64,000 bases of DNA from assembly GCA_910579035.1 (NCBI GenBank), contig CAJTSR010000003.1, positions 72,239 to 136,238 of the forward strand, in the 5' to 3' direction. The DNA comes from an uncultured Muribaculaceae bacterium (GTDB taxonomy: Bacteria; Bacteroidota; Bacteroidia; Bacteroidales; Muribaculaceae). The notes beneath the pieces were generated by a model. That model ran no database searches and was not told where the DNA came from. It saw only the letters and a program-made list of their open reading frames with translations. Shown one piece after another: positions 17,586 to 27,925 of this stretch; position 1 is the first letter of the stretch; each line of letters begins with the position of its first letter. Position numbers and translations under genes: made by a program.

Positions 17586-18877
17586 GAACGCTGTTACTTT
17601 CCTTGTTTGCGTGGCTCGCATTGGCAGGAGCCGCTCAGCACGCCCCGTATAACTATGTGGCAGAGGCTCCCGGCATCGTGTCGACGGAGAACGGACAGCC
17701 ACACGAAGGCTTTCTCTGGATAGCACCCGGCACTGAGCGTGTCGAAGCCCTGATGTTCGCCTTTCAGAATATGAATGAGGAAACGCTCTTCTCGATGCCG
17801 GCATTCCGCGAGCGTATGGGCGCGGCCGGTGTGGCCTTGCTTTGGATAGCTCCGGGCTTCGGACAGGAGTGGGACGTCAATCAGGGTGTGCAGGACGCTT
17901 TCGACGGTCTTTTGCGCAATATCGCCGAAACAAGCGGCCACGCCGAGCTTACCGAAGTGCCACTGATTCCTTTCGGGCATTCGGCGCAGGCAACTATGCC
18001 GTGGAATTTCGCCGCGTGGAATCCCTCGCGCACGCTGTGCCTCATATCCTACCACGGCGATGCTCCGCGCACCAATCTGTGCGGCTACGGACGCTCTAAC
18101 GTGGAGTGGGGGCGCACACGCAATATCGACGGCATACCCGGCCTTATGGTTATGGGCGAGTACGAGTGGTGGGAAGCTCGGCTGCGTCCGGCTCTCGCGT
18201 TCCGTATGATGTATCCAGGTTCCTGCATATCGTTTTTAGGAGATGCGGGGCGCGGGCACTTCGATGTTTCGGACCGTACAGCCGATTATATAGCCTTGTT
18301 TGTTGAAAAAGCGATGGCTTCGCGTGGCAAGGAGCTTCGCAGGCTCGATCCTGCCGACGGCTGGCTTGCGCAGACTTGGAGCCCGGGGCAGCGCTACAGC
18401 TCGCGCTGCAAGCCGGCACCGGCTGCTGAGTACGACGGTTGCCGCCACGAGGCGTTCTGGTATATCGACGGCGAGATGGCGCGCATGGCCGAACAGCGCT
18501 ATGCCGAAACCGACGGCAAGTCGCCCCGCTACCTCGCTTTTGAGTACAATGGCACGCCGGTGACATTTAACGCCAAGGGACATTGCAAGAACGTTGTCGA
18601 GGTGACGCCCGATGCCGATGACTGCTTTACCGTCGGCGTGTTCGAGTGCGACAGTACCCGCAGCATTCGGCTTGGGCAGGCAAAGGGGGCGGAGATACGC
18701 TATGTCTGCGGTCCGGCGGTGGCTCTGGGTAACGGTGTTTTTCGGGTTGACCGCAGCCATCCGACATGGCGCAACCCGAGGCGCCTCGGCAGCATCACCC
18801 TTGTAGCCGAATGGCCCGGCGACGATACCCACAAGGAAACGGTTCAGGAAATAGAAGTGCGCTTAGAGGGTATTTAA
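17582..18877 (+). CDS. Secreted alpha/beta-hydrolase-like protein
   Basis: Signal peptide; nucleophile-elbow-like PFGHSAQ; candidate catalytic His in GRGHF. Confidence 0.55.
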   Translation: MRTLLLSLFAWLALAGAAQHAPYNYVAEAPGIVSTENGQPHEGFLWIAPGTERVEALMFAFQNMNEETLFSMPAFRERMGAAGVALLWIAPGFGQEWDVNQGVQDAFDGLLRNIAETSGHAELTEVPLIPFGHSAQATMPWNFAAWNPSRTLCLISYHGDAPRTNLCGYGRSNVEWGRTRNIDGIPGLMVMGEYEWWEARLRPALAFRMMYPGSCISFLGDAGRGHFDVSDRTADYIALFVEKAMASRGKELRRLDPADGWLAQTWSPGQRYSSRCKPAPAAEYDGCRHEAFWYIDGEMARMAEQRYAETDGKSPRYLAFEYNGTPVTFNAKGHCKNVVEVTPDADDCFTVGVFECDSTRSIRLGQAKGAEIRYVCGPAVALGNGVFRVDRSHPTWRNPRRLGSITLVAEWPGDDTHKETVQEIEVRLEGI

Positions 18878-18886
18878 TAATGTCTG

Positions 18887-19141
18887 TTAAAATAGTTTTG
18901 GCATGTAATAGCATGCTAACACTATGATGGCCAATGCGGCTATGGCGCATAGACCTGCGAGCTTTTTGCAATCGGAGATATAGGCAATTATGGTAAGCGC
19001 GACAAACATCGCCAATACAAAGAAAAGGCCTAATATGTATCCGATATTATTGCCGATTGACAGGCATATGGCTCCTATGATAGTCCCTGATATAGAAACC
19101 ATTCTGAATATGTTGGCGTAATTGCCTTCCGGTCGTTTCAT
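18887..19141 (-). CDS. Small AT-rich membrane protein (about 3 TM), hypothetical
   Basis: 84 aa from MKRPEG; three hydrophobic segments; antisense to the PUL. Start could be 19183. Confidence 0.55.
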   Translation of the reverse strand: MKRPEGNYANIFRMVSISGTIIGAICLSIGNNIGYILGLFFVLAMFVALTIIAYISDCKKLAGLCAIAALAIIVLACYYMPKLF

Positions 19142-19297
19142 AATTATTAGCACGCTCCTTGTCGTTTCTGCTGATATACACATCTTTCAGATATGTAACT
19201 GTCAGTTTGTTGATAATGTTCGCAGAATAGCGTGTGTTTGCTATTGGGCGGGAGCCTGCTGTTGAGTGCAAGAGTGCGTGTTTTCGTATCTTGGGAT

Positions 19298-20773
19298 ATG
19301 AAACATGCACTTTCTCTTATCCTTGTGTCTGCGGCTTTGGGTGCCGCGGCCCGGTCGTTTACCTCGGTAACAACTACGGAGTCTGCCGTATGGAAGCCGG
19401 GAGCCGTAGTAAGTTTGTCGAACAAAGCCAAAGGGACGGTAGTAGAAACGCTTGCCGACAGCCTTGAATTTGGCCGTTGGGGCACCTGCTTCAACGAGCG
19501 AGGCTACGATGCCATCTCGATGCTGCCCGACAGCGCGCAGGCGTCTGTGATGCGGCGCGTGTTTGCCCCGGACGGTGAACTGCGCATAAACATGGGTCGC
19601 ATACCTATGAATGCCAACGACTATGCCCGCGACTGGTACAGCTGCGACGAGGTGGCCGGTGATTTTGCGCTCGAACATTTCAACATCGACCGTGACCGCG
19701 AGGCCATTATCCCCTTTATAAAGAGAGCGCAGGCCTTATGCCCCGGTATGACGTTCTGGGCGTCGCCGTGGTGCCCGCCGTCGTGGATGAAGATAAATGC
19801 CGACTATCCAGTGCGCAGCGACCGTACCAACACTATGGATCCGCGCAAGGACGCCTTGCTGTTTGCCGGCACGCCGGACGGCAACCGCGACGACTATAAG
19901 GCGCCAAAAGGTATTTTCCCGCCGAGATTGTCCGAAACCGACTATTTCATAATGGATTCTCGTTATCTTCAGGCATATGCCGATTATTTCGGACGCTTCA
20001 TCGATGCCTATGCCGCGGAGCAGATACCGATAGATATGGTGATGTACCAGAACGAGGCGTGGAGTTACACGCCATATCCCGGCTGCGCGTGGACTCCCGA
20101 GGGCATAGTTCGGTTCAATGCCGAATATCTTGTGCCAACTCTCGCCCGCACCCACCCCGGGGTGGAGGTGTATTTCGGCACTATCAACACCAATCGTTTC
20201 GATGTGATAGACAAGGTGCTGTCCGACAGCCTTATGTCGGCCTCGGTCAAGGGCGTCGGCCTTCAATGGGAAGGCGGCCAGATACTGTCGCGCCTGCGCG
20301 ACAAATATCCTCATCTGCGTTATGTGCAGACCGAGGGCGAATGCGGCTGGGGGTCTTTCGACTGGAACGCCGCCGAGCATACATTTGAAAGGATAAACCA
20401 TTACCTCGGAAACGGCGCGCAGGATTATACTTTTTGGAATTTCATTCTTGCAGATGACGGCGAGAGCGGCTGGGGCTGGAAGCAGAACGCCCTGATACGG
20501 GTCGATTCGGCCAAGGGTGCCTGCACGTATACTCCGGAATATTATGCCGTGCGCCACTATGCCGAATTTATACCTTCGGGCAGCCGTATCGTTGCCCGTT
20601 CGGGCGGTGATACCCCGGTGCTTGTCGCGGTAACGCCGTCGGGAACGTACGTGGTCGTAGCAGCCAATCTCGGCGACAAAAAAGCCGTGGTTTCTGCCCC
20701 GATAGGTTCGAAGTACCTCAACATCAAGCTTAAGCCCCATACTCTCACCACCCTTTCCGATGCTGTTGAGTGA
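19298..20773 (+). CDS. GH30 glycoside hydrolase
   Basis: GRIPMNANDY, WASPWCPPSWMK, QNEA (acid/base), QTEGECG (nucleophile). Confidence 0.88.
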   Translation: MKHALSLILVSAALGAAARSFTSVTTTESAVWKPGAVVSLSNKAKGTVVETLADSLEFGRWGTCFNERGYDAISMLPDSAQASVMRRVFAPDGELRINMGRIPMNANDYARDWYSCDEVAGDFALEHFNIDRDREAIIPFIKRAQALCPGMTFWASPWCPPSWMKINADYPVRSDRTNTMDPRKDALLFAGTPDGNRDDYKAPKGIFPPRLSETDYFIMDSRYLQAYADYFGRFIDAYAAEQIPIDMVMYQNEAWSYTPYPGCAWTPEGIVRFNAEYLVPTLARTHPGVEVYFGTINTNRFDVIDKVLSDSLMSASVKGVGLQWEGGQILSRLRDKYPHLRYVQTEGECGWGSFDWNAAEHTFERINHYLGNGAQDYTFWNFILADDGESGWGWKQNALIRVDSAKGACTYTPEYYAVRHYAEFIPSGSRIVARSGGDTPVLVAVTPSGTYVVVAANLGDKKAVVSAPIGSKYLNIKLKPHTLTTLSDAVE

Positions 20774-20849
20774 AAGAGCCGCGTTGTGCGTATTTTCAGA
20801 TAGTGAAGTCAATATGACTACCCGCTTAGAAAGAGAATAATCCGTTTTT

Positions 20850-22709
20850 ATGAAGAATACCGTTTCCCTGATTGTAGCTATGGCTCTGGCGCTTCCCGCC
20901 GGGGCGCAGCATCTCAACCTTAAATCGCCCGACGGGCGCAACACGATAGAATTTGCAAAAGACGGGCGCCAGCTTACCTATTCGGTGGCTGTCGACGGCG
21001 AGCAGGTGGTGCTGCCGTCGCGTGCAGGACTCGACTTGGATAACTGGGTCTGGGAAATGGCTCTCGGCAAGCGCGACCTCGAGCAGCCTCAGTGCTGGAT
21101 GGACATGCTCACTGTCGACAGTGTGAGCTATGCCGACCCTGTGCGCTCCGCATGGACGCCGCTGTACGGCGAGCGTTCGCTGGTAAAGGATAACTACAAC
21201 AGCGCCACCCTCCACATGAGCCGCAAGGACAAGAGCGACTACCGCCTCGATGTGGAAGTGCGCGCATACGACGAGGGGCTTGCCTTCCGTTATTTCTTCC
21301 CCGAGCACCCGGCCGCAATCTTCCACAAGGTTGTTGCCGACCTTACAGACTATACGTTCCCTGAAGGGACTATGGCATGGAGCGAGAAGTGGGCGCAGTC
21401 GACATTCGATTATTCGCCGGTCGACTCCATAAAGAGGCCGGTAGAGCGCGCACTCACGCTTAAGACGCCCTCCGGCAAGTGGGTGGCCCTTCTTGATGCC
21501 GACGTCGACGACTGGTGCCTTACCAAGCTGCGCGCGCGCGACGGCAAGCCCGGCACTCTCGAATCGGTGATGTACTCGCCTGTCGACATCGTTACCTACT
21601 ATGCCACTCCGTGGAAGGTGATAATGACAGCCGACACTCCCGGCCGCCTGATAGAGAACAACGACATAGTGCTCAATCTCAATCCGCATAGCGAAGGCGA
21701 TTTCTCGTGGGTGAAGCCCGGCAAGATTATGCGTTCGCCCATATCTACTGAAATGGGATTGAAAACCATCGACTTCTGTGCCGAGCACAACATACCCTAT
21801 ATGCTCTACGACTGGCAGTGGTACATGCCTTGCGCCAGCCACGACGGCGATGCCACAAAGGTGGTGGAGTCGCTCGATATGAAGCGTGTGCTCGACCACG
21901 CAAAGGAAAAAGGAGTCGGGGTATGGCTGTATGTCAACCAACATGCCCTTATGAAGCAGATGGACGATGTGTTCGCCCAGCTCAAAGACTGGGGCGTGGC
22001 AGGTATGAAATCGGGCTTCGTGCAGTACGCGAGTCACCGTTGGGCCACTTGGCTGCACGATATGGTGCGCAAGGCATCGGAGTACGGCATTATGATGAAT
22101 ATACACGACGAATACCGTCCGTCGGGCTTCTCGCGCACCTATCCCAACCTGCTCACGCAGGAAGGAATCTGCGGCAACGAGGAATTTCCCGATGCCACCC
22201 ACAATACAATTCTGCCGTTTACCCGCATGCTGAACGGCGCGGCTGATTACACCATTTGCTACTACGACAAGCGACTTAAGAACACCCACGCGCATCAGCT
22301 TGCTGCCTCGCTCGTGTTCTACAGCCCTCTGCAGACTATCTACTGGTACGATAATCCCACAATGTATGGCGGCGAGCCTGAAATAAAGTGGTTTGAGGAC
22401 CTCGAAACAGTGTTTGACGACACCAAGGTGCTGTCCGGCTATCCCGGCGAGAGCATCGCCGTGGCGCGTCGCAAGGGCTCGGACTGGTGGGTGGCCGCGC
22501 TCGCTAACAACGAAGGTGGCCGGCAGGAAATCAAGCTCGACTTCCTCGAGCCCGGTGCCAAATATGTGGCAGAGATATACACCGACGATGAAAAGGCCGG
22601 CACACGCACGCAGGTGGCCATCAGCACCAAGAAGGTGAAGAGTTCCGACACGCTTCGTTTCGATCTCAAACCCCGTGGCGGCGTGGCGTTAAAAATAACC
22701 CGCATTTGA
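20850..22709 (+). CDS. GH97 glycoside hydrolase
   Basis: SPDG, RAYDEGLAFRY, TPWKVI, SWVKPGK, RTYPNLLTQEG, PFTRMLNGAADYT. Confidence 0.93.
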   Translation: MKNTVSLIVAMALALPAGAQHLNLKSPDGRNTIEFAKDGRQLTYSVAVDGEQVVLPSRAGLDLDNWVWEMALGKRDLEQPQCWMDMLTVDSVSYADPVRSAWTPLYGERSLVKDNYNSATLHMSRKDKSDYRLDVEVRAYDEGLAFRYFFPEHPAAIFHKVVADLTDYTFPEGTMAWSEKWAQSTFDYSPVDSIKRPVERALTLKTPSGKWVALLDADVDDWCLTKLRARDGKPGTLESVMYSPVDIVTYYATPWKVIMTADTPGRLIENNDIVLNLNPHSEGDFSWVKPGKIMRSPISTEMGLKTIDFCAEHNIPYMLYDWQWYMPCASHDGDATKVVESLDMKRVLDHAKEKGVGVWLYVNQHALMKQMDDVFAQLKDWGVAGMKSGFVQYASHRWATWLHDMVRKASEYGIMMNIHDEYRPSGFSRTYPNLLTQEGICGNEEFPDATHNTILPFTRMLNGAADYTICYYDKRLKNTHAHQLAASLVFYSPLQTIYWYDNPTMYGGEPEIKWFEDLETVFDDTKVLSGYPGESIAVARRKGSDWWVAALANNEGGRQEIKLDFLEPGAKYVAEIYTDDEKAGTRTQVAISTKKVKSSDTLRFDLKPRGGVALKITRI

Positions 22710-22820
22710 GTGTGATGCCGTTCTGCATCGTATTATATGCGTAACTAAGGTACAAACAAGGTAAAAAAGACTGTGTTAGGACGCAGTTTTTTAAGGTTGG
22801 ATAATGATTTATTAAGGTTA

Positions 22821-24455
22821 ATGGACAAATTGAAATTCCTGATGATAATGATTTGCATCTCGTTCGCTGCGACAGCGGGCGGGAAGCAAATCTTGTCTAA
22901 CCCGGCGAATGCCGGTGGCGACATCTATGTTAACCCCATTATCCATGCCGATTACTCCGATCCCGATCCTGTTGCCGCTCCCGACGGCAAGACTTTCTAT
23001 ATGACCGCGTCGAGCTTCCAGTGTACCCCGGGCCTGCCGATTCTGAAATCGACCGACCTCGTTAACTGGACTCTCGTCAACCACGCCATCAAAGACGTTC
23101 CTCCGGCAGAGTTCTACAGTGCCGCGCCCCGCCACGGCAAGGGAGTGTGGGCGCCCTGCATTCGCTATCACGGCGGCGAGTACTACATCTACTGGGGCGA
23201 CCCTGACTTCGGTATCTACATGGTGAAGGCTTCCGACCCCGAGGGGCAGTGGAGCGAGCCTGTGCTTGTCAAGGCCGGAAAAGGACTTATCGACCCCACG
23301 CCTTTGTGGGACGAGGACGGCAAGGCATATCTTGCCAATGCCTGGGCGGCTTCGCGTGCCGGTTTCAACAGCATAGTCACTATAAGCGAGATGAGTGCCG
23401 ACGGCACCCGCGTGCTTGGCTCGCCGGTTATAGTTTTCGACGGCAACGACGGCATCAACCACACCATCGAAGGACCGAAATTGTACCGTCGTGGAGAGTA
23501 CTATTATATTCTCGCCCCTGCAGGAGGCGTGGTCGATGGCTGGCAGCTTGCCCTGCGCTCGAAAAACATATACGGGCCTTACGAGAAAAAAATAGTTATG
23601 GCGCAAGGCTCCGCGCCATTCAACGGCCCTCACCAAGGAGGCTGGGTAACTACTGCCGCAGGCGAGGACTGGTTTATAAACTTTCAGGACAAGGCCGCCT
23701 ATGGCCGAGTGCTCCATCTCAATCCTCTCCGTTGGGTCGACGGCTGGCCGGTGATAGGCGAGGACGCCGACGGCGACGGCTGCGGCCAGCCCGTGGTGAA
23801 GCATCGCAAGCCTGCCGGATTGCAGCCCTCCGAGGGCGGTGTGCGAGGCAGCGAGCTCTTCCAGTGGCACGCCAATTACAACGATTTCTTCGGATTCCCG
23901 GCACCCGGTGCCATGATGCGCCTCTACGGCCACAAACTGTCTGAAAACTTTGTCAATCTTTGGGAAGTGCCCAATCTGTGGTTGCAGAAATTCCCCGCCG
24001 AGGAATTTACGGCAACAGCCAAGGTGCAGGTGTCGGCCAAGTCGGTGTCGGAAGGCGTGTCTTCCGGTATCATAGTGATGGGATGGGACTACTGCCGCCT
24101 CGGCCTTGCCAAAGAAGGCGATGATTTCGTGCTTCAGATGGCGCGTTGCACCGACGCTGAGCAGGGTTCGCCCGAATCTGTTGCCGAAATCGCCCGGATA
24201 GAGCCGTCGCGCGTGTACGGCGCAGGGCTTTACCCCAATATGGAGCGTGATTTGTGGCTCCGTGTCAAAGTAGGACGCGACGGTATGTGCCGCTTCTACT
24301 ACAGCCTTGACGGAAAACGCTATGCCGCAGCCGGAGAGCCTTTCAAGGCCCGTGCCGGAAAGTGGATTGGCGCCAAGATAGGATTTTACAGCATTACACC
24401 TTTCACTACCGCCGACCGCGGGTGGATGGATATTATAGATTTCGATATAAAATAG
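22821..24455 (+). CDS. GH43 glycosidase with C-terminal beta-sandwich
   Basis: DYSDPD, WAP, IDP, IEGPK, GPHQGG motifs. Confidence 0.9.
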   Translation: MDKLKFLMIMICISFAATAGGKQILSNPANAGGDIYVNPIIHADYSDPDPVAAPDGKTFYMTASSFQCTPGLPILKSTDLVNWTLVNHAIKDVPPAEFYSAAPRHGKGVWAPCIRYHGGEYYIYWGDPDFGIYMVKASDPEGQWSEPVLVKAGKGLIDPTPLWDEDGKAYLANAWAASRAGFNSIVTISEMSADGTRVLGSPVIVFDGNDGINHTIEGPKLYRRGEYYYILAPAGGVVDGWQLALRSKNIYGPYEKKIVMAQGSAPFNGPHQGGWVTTAAGEDWFINFQDKAAYGRVLHLNPLRWVDGWPVIGEDADGDGCGQPVVKHRKPAGLQPSEGGVRGSELFQWHANYNDFFGFPAPGAMMRLYGHKLSENFVNLWEVPNLWLQKFPAEEFTATAKVQVSAKSVSEGVSSGIIVMGWDYCRLGLAKEGDDFVLQMARCTDAEQGSPESVAEIARIEPSRVYGAGLYPNMERDLWLRVKVGRDGMCRFYYSLDGKRYAAAGEPFKARAGKWIGAKIGFYSITPFTTADRGWMDIIDFDIK

Positions 24456-24457
24456 CC

Positions 24458-25678
24458 ATGCGTCTGACAGCTATTCTTCCATTTTCTATTCTTCTCGCAT
24501 CATGCGCCTCGACAGCCTCGACAGAGAGCTTCAATGTCGATCAGGCTCTTGAATACTGCAACACGCAGGTTCACCGCAGCCTTGCCGCGCTTGGTGCTGA
24601 TTCTACCGACTACACTATGATGCCCCGCAATATCCAGGGCACCGACTCTGCGTGGGCCTGCCGCAAGGCTTCGCCCGACGAGTGGTGCTCGGGTTTCTGG
24701 CCGGGCATATTGTGGTACGACTTCGAGTCGTCCCGCGACGAGATTGTGCGCGAGGAGGCCGAGCGATATACCGAGGCCCTCGAGTATCTGTCGCAGCGTC
24801 CGGCATTCGACCACGACCTCGGATTCCTGATGTTCTGCAGCTACGGCAATGCCTACCGTCTTACGGGCTGTCCCAAGTTCCGCGATATAATACTTGCCAG
24901 TGCCGACACTCTCGCCACACTTTTCAACCCCAAGGTAGGCACCATTCTTTCGTGGCCGCGAAATGTGGAAATGCTCGGTGGCCACAACACCATAATGGAC
25001 AATATGATAAACCTCGAGATGCTTTTCTGGGCATCGAAGAACGGCGGCGACAAGCGCCTCTACGACATCGCGCTCAAGCACGCCGAAACCACGATGGAAT
25101 ATCATTTCAGGCCGGACGGCACCTGCTACCATGTGGCGGTATACGACCCTGAGAGCGGAAAATTCATAAAGGGTATGACCCACCAAGGGTATTCCGACAG
25201 CTCTACATGGGCGCGCGGGCAGGCCTGGGCCGTGTACGGCTACACGATGGTTTTCCGCGAAACGCAGGATCGCCGTTTCCTCGATTTGGCCTGCAAGGTT
25301 ACCGACGCTTACCTCAAGCGACTCCCCGAGGACTATGTGCCGTACTGGGATTTCGACGACCCCGCCATTCCTGACGCGCCGCGCGACGCTTCGGCGGCAG
25401 GCGTGGTAGCCTCGGCCCTGCTCGAGCTTCAGGCATATGTCACCCCCGAAAAACGCGACGAGTACCGCGACGCGGCAGTGAAGATGCTCGCATCGCTCAG
25501 CAGCGACGAGTACCGCTCCGGCGACAAGCGCCATTCGTTCCTCGACCATTCCACCGGGCATAAGCCCGCAGGCTCGGAGATAGATGCCGCCATAGTGTAT
25601 GCCGACTACTACTATATCGAAGCCCTGCTCAGATTAAAGAAGCTTGAAACCAATTCGGCAGTACTTGCCAACTTATAA
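24458..25678 (+). CDS. GH88 unsaturated glucuronyl hydrolase (lipoprotein)
   Basis: WCSGFWPG, DHDLGF, IMDNMINL, WARGQAW, DASAA; lipobox LASC. Confidence 0.93.
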   Translation: MRLTAILPFSILLASCASTASTESFNVDQALEYCNTQVHRSLAALGADSTDYTMMPRNIQGTDSAWACRKASPDEWCSGFWPGILWYDFESSRDEIVREEAERYTEALEYLSQRPAFDHDLGFLMFCSYGNAYRLTGCPKFRDIILASADTLATLFNPKVGTILSWPRNVEMLGGHNTIMDNMINLEMLFWASKNGGDKRLYDIALKHAETTMEYHFRPDGTCYHVAVYDPESGKFIKGMTHQGYSDSSTWARGQAWAVYGYTMVFRETQDRRFLDLACKVTDAYLKRLPEDYVPYWDFDDPAIPDAPRDASAAGVVASALLELQAYVTPEKRDEYRDAAVKMLASLSSDEYRSGDKRHSFLDHSTGHKPAGSEIDAAIVYADYYYIEALLRLKKLETNSAVLANL

Positions 25679-25690
25679 TCATCGATGATT

Positions 25691-25745
25691 CTTAGATACG
25701 TTGGCTCGGATTTGTTTTTGCGCTCGACTTATTCGTATCTTTGCA
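25691..25745 (+). repeat. Dispersed promoter-bearing repeat, short copy
   Basis: Shares CTTAGATAC..GCTCGG and an exact 23-mer CTCGACTTATTCGTATCTTTGCA with 37800..37869; contains TATCTTTG. Confidence 0.75.
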
Positions 25746-25762
25746 TCATCATTTCAGCACGT

Positions 25763-26950
25763 ATGAAAAAAACTCACCTCCTTATAGCACTGGCGCCTCT
25801 TATGGGCGCTTGTGCCGTTAATACCGGGCAGGTCGAAGTCACGGTGGAGAATCCTGCCACAGCCTCGCCCGAAACAGCTATTGTGGAGCTGCCTGCCTCC
25901 GACATTCTCGGACGCCTTGGTAGCGATTGCTTCGTGGTTACCGACTCGGAAGGCCGCGAGCTATGCTCGCAGCTCACGCACGATTCTTTGATAATTTTCG
26001 AGGCTGCAGTGGCTCCCGGAGCGAAGGCTACCTACTACGTGGCGGCGTCGGACACTATGCCGACGTATGCGCCGGTGGCTGTGGGGCGCCTTTACCCTGA
26101 GCGTGCCGACGACCTCGCGTGGGAGAATGACTTGGTAGGATTCCGTGCCTACGGCCCTGCCACACAGGCTAAAGGCGAGCGTGCTTTCGGCTACGACATA
26201 TTTATGAAGCATTATTCGGCAGAGCCTGTGCTCGAACGCCTCTACGAGCCGGAAACCTCTCCGGCAGTATGGGCCAAGGTGGACTCTCTGAGGGCTATAG
26301 ACCCCGTGCTTGCCGAAGATTTCATTAAGACGTTCTCTTACCATATCGACCACGGGCTGGGTATGGACTGCTACGCCGTGGGACCTACGCTCGGAGCCGG
26401 AGTAGCTGTGCCGCTGCTTGAAGGCGACTCGCTGTCCTACTCGTGGTGCTACGACAAGGCAGAGGTGCTTGACAACGGCCCGCTGCGCTACACCGTGCAG
26501 CTCGATTTCGCTCCGAGAGCCGTGGAAGGCGACAGCGCCGTGGTGGAGCATCGCCGTATCAGCCTCGACAAAGGCGCGCAGCTTAACCGCACACTTGTGT
26601 GGTACGACGGTCTTGGCTCGGATATCGACATCGTGGCCGGCTTCCCTCTGCGCGATAATCCCGCCTTTGTGCAGGGCGACAACATTCTTGCCGTCGCTGA
26701 TCCTACCCAGGGTGACGATAACGGCAAGGCTCTTCTCGGAATAGTATTTCCGGCAGAGGCCGAAATGGCTCCTGTGATAGACAATCACCGTTTGGTAAAG
26801 ACCTCCATATCACCCGACGGCGCGCTTGCATACGAGTGGGGCTTCGCGTGGGATCGCGAAGGCAAGTACCCCGACATACAGGCGTGGGCGGCCTATCTCC
26901 GCAGTGTTGACAATGCCAGAAAAAATCCTTTGAAAATATCATATAAATGA
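25763..26950 (+). CDS. DUF4861 family lipoprotein
   Basis: PERADDLAWEND, FRAYGP, YHIDHGLGMDCYAVGPTLG, LDNGPLR; lipobox MGAC. Confidence 0.8.
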   Translation: MKKTHLLIALAPLMGACAVNTGQVEVTVENPATASPETAIVELPASDILGRLGSDCFVVTDSEGRELCSQLTHDSLIIFEAAVAPGAKATYYVAASDTMPTYAPVAVGRLYPERADDLAWENDLVGFRAYGPATQAKGERAFGYDIFMKHYSAEPVLERLYEPETSPAVWAKVDSLRAIDPVLAEDFIKTFSYHIDHGLGMDCYAVGPTLGAGVAVPLLEGDSLSYSWCYDKAEVLDNGPLRYTVQLDFAPRAVEGDSAVVEHRRISLDKGAQLNRTLVWYDGLGSDIDIVAGFPLRDNPAFVQGDNILAVADPTQGDDNGKALLGIVFPAEAEMAPVIDNHRLVKTSISPDGALAYEWGFAWDREGKYPDIQAWAAYLRSVDNARKNPLKISYK

Positions 26951-27915
26951 ACGAGATACTTAAATTTGAACCGATATTCAAGTCTGTGATATGGGGCGGA
27001 CGCCGCATTGCCGAGTTTAAGGGAATGCCGCCGCAGGGCGACCATATAGGCGAAAGCTGGGAGCTATCGCCCATGCCCGGCCATGAATCAGTAATATCGC
27101 AGGGAAGCCTCAAGGGCGAAACACTCCCTGCCGCCATCGCCGCTCACGGAGCCGATATAATGGGCGAACGCCTGTATAACCGTTTCGGAGGCAAGTTTCC
27201 CTTGTTGGTGAAGCTTATAGACTCTGCCGACGATTTGTCGGTGCAGGTGCATCCCGACGACGCTCTCGGAGCGAAGCGCCATAACTCTCTTGGCAAAACC
27301 GAGATGTGGTACTCTGTAGCTCCGGCGGAAGGCGCGTATCTATACGCCGGTTTTTCCCGCAAGCTCGATGTGGCCGAGTACCGACGCCAAGTGGCTGAAA
27401 ACGAAATCATACCGTCGCTCCGCAAGTATTTTACCAAGCCTGCCGATGTGTTTTTTCTTCCGGCAGGACGTGTCCACAGCATAGGCCGTGGAAACTTTGT
27501 GCTTGAAATACAGGAGGCATCCGATATAACATACCGTATCTACGATTACGACCGCCGCGATGCCGAGGGCAATCCCCGGCAGCTCCATGTGGAGGAATCT
27601 GTCGACGCTATCGATTTCGACGATACTGCCGACGTGCCCGTACCCAATGTGCGGCCTGAGGCCGGACGCACGTCAATGCTTGCCGATTGCGCTTATTTCA
27701 CCACTGAGGTTAGCGGCATTGACGGCTGCACTGTGTTCGACCTCTCCAATCGCGATTCGTTCACTATACTTGTGGTTACCGAAGGCGAGCTCGAGCTGCG
27801 CTCCGAAGGCGGCAGCGTGGGTCTGCGCCAAGGCGAAACGGCACTTGTGCCCGCGAGCGTGGCTCGTCTTGAAATATGCGGCAAGGGTGCCGTGGTTTCC
27901 ACCTATATTAAATAG
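26947..27915 (+). CDS. manA: Class I mannose-6-phosphate isomerase
   Basis: IWGG, GESWE, FPLLVKLID, LSVQVHPDD, GKTEMWY. Confidence 0.93.
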   Translation: MNEILKFEPIFKSVIWGGRRIAEFKGMPPQGDHIGESWELSPMPGHESVISQGSLKGETLPAAIAAHGADIMGERLYNRFGGKFPLLVKLIDSADDLSVQVHPDDALGAKRHNSLGKTEMWYSVAPAEGAYLYAGFSRKLDVAEYRRQVAENEIIPSLRKYFTKPADVFFLPAGRVHSIGRGNFVLEIQEASDITYRIYDYDRRDAEGNPRQLHVEESVDAIDFDDTADVPVPNVRPEAGRTSMLADCAYFTTEVSGIDGCTVFDLSNRDSFTILVVTEGELELRSEGGSVGLRQGETALVPASVARLEICGKGAVVSTYIK

Positions 27916-27925
27916 CCTCTAAACT

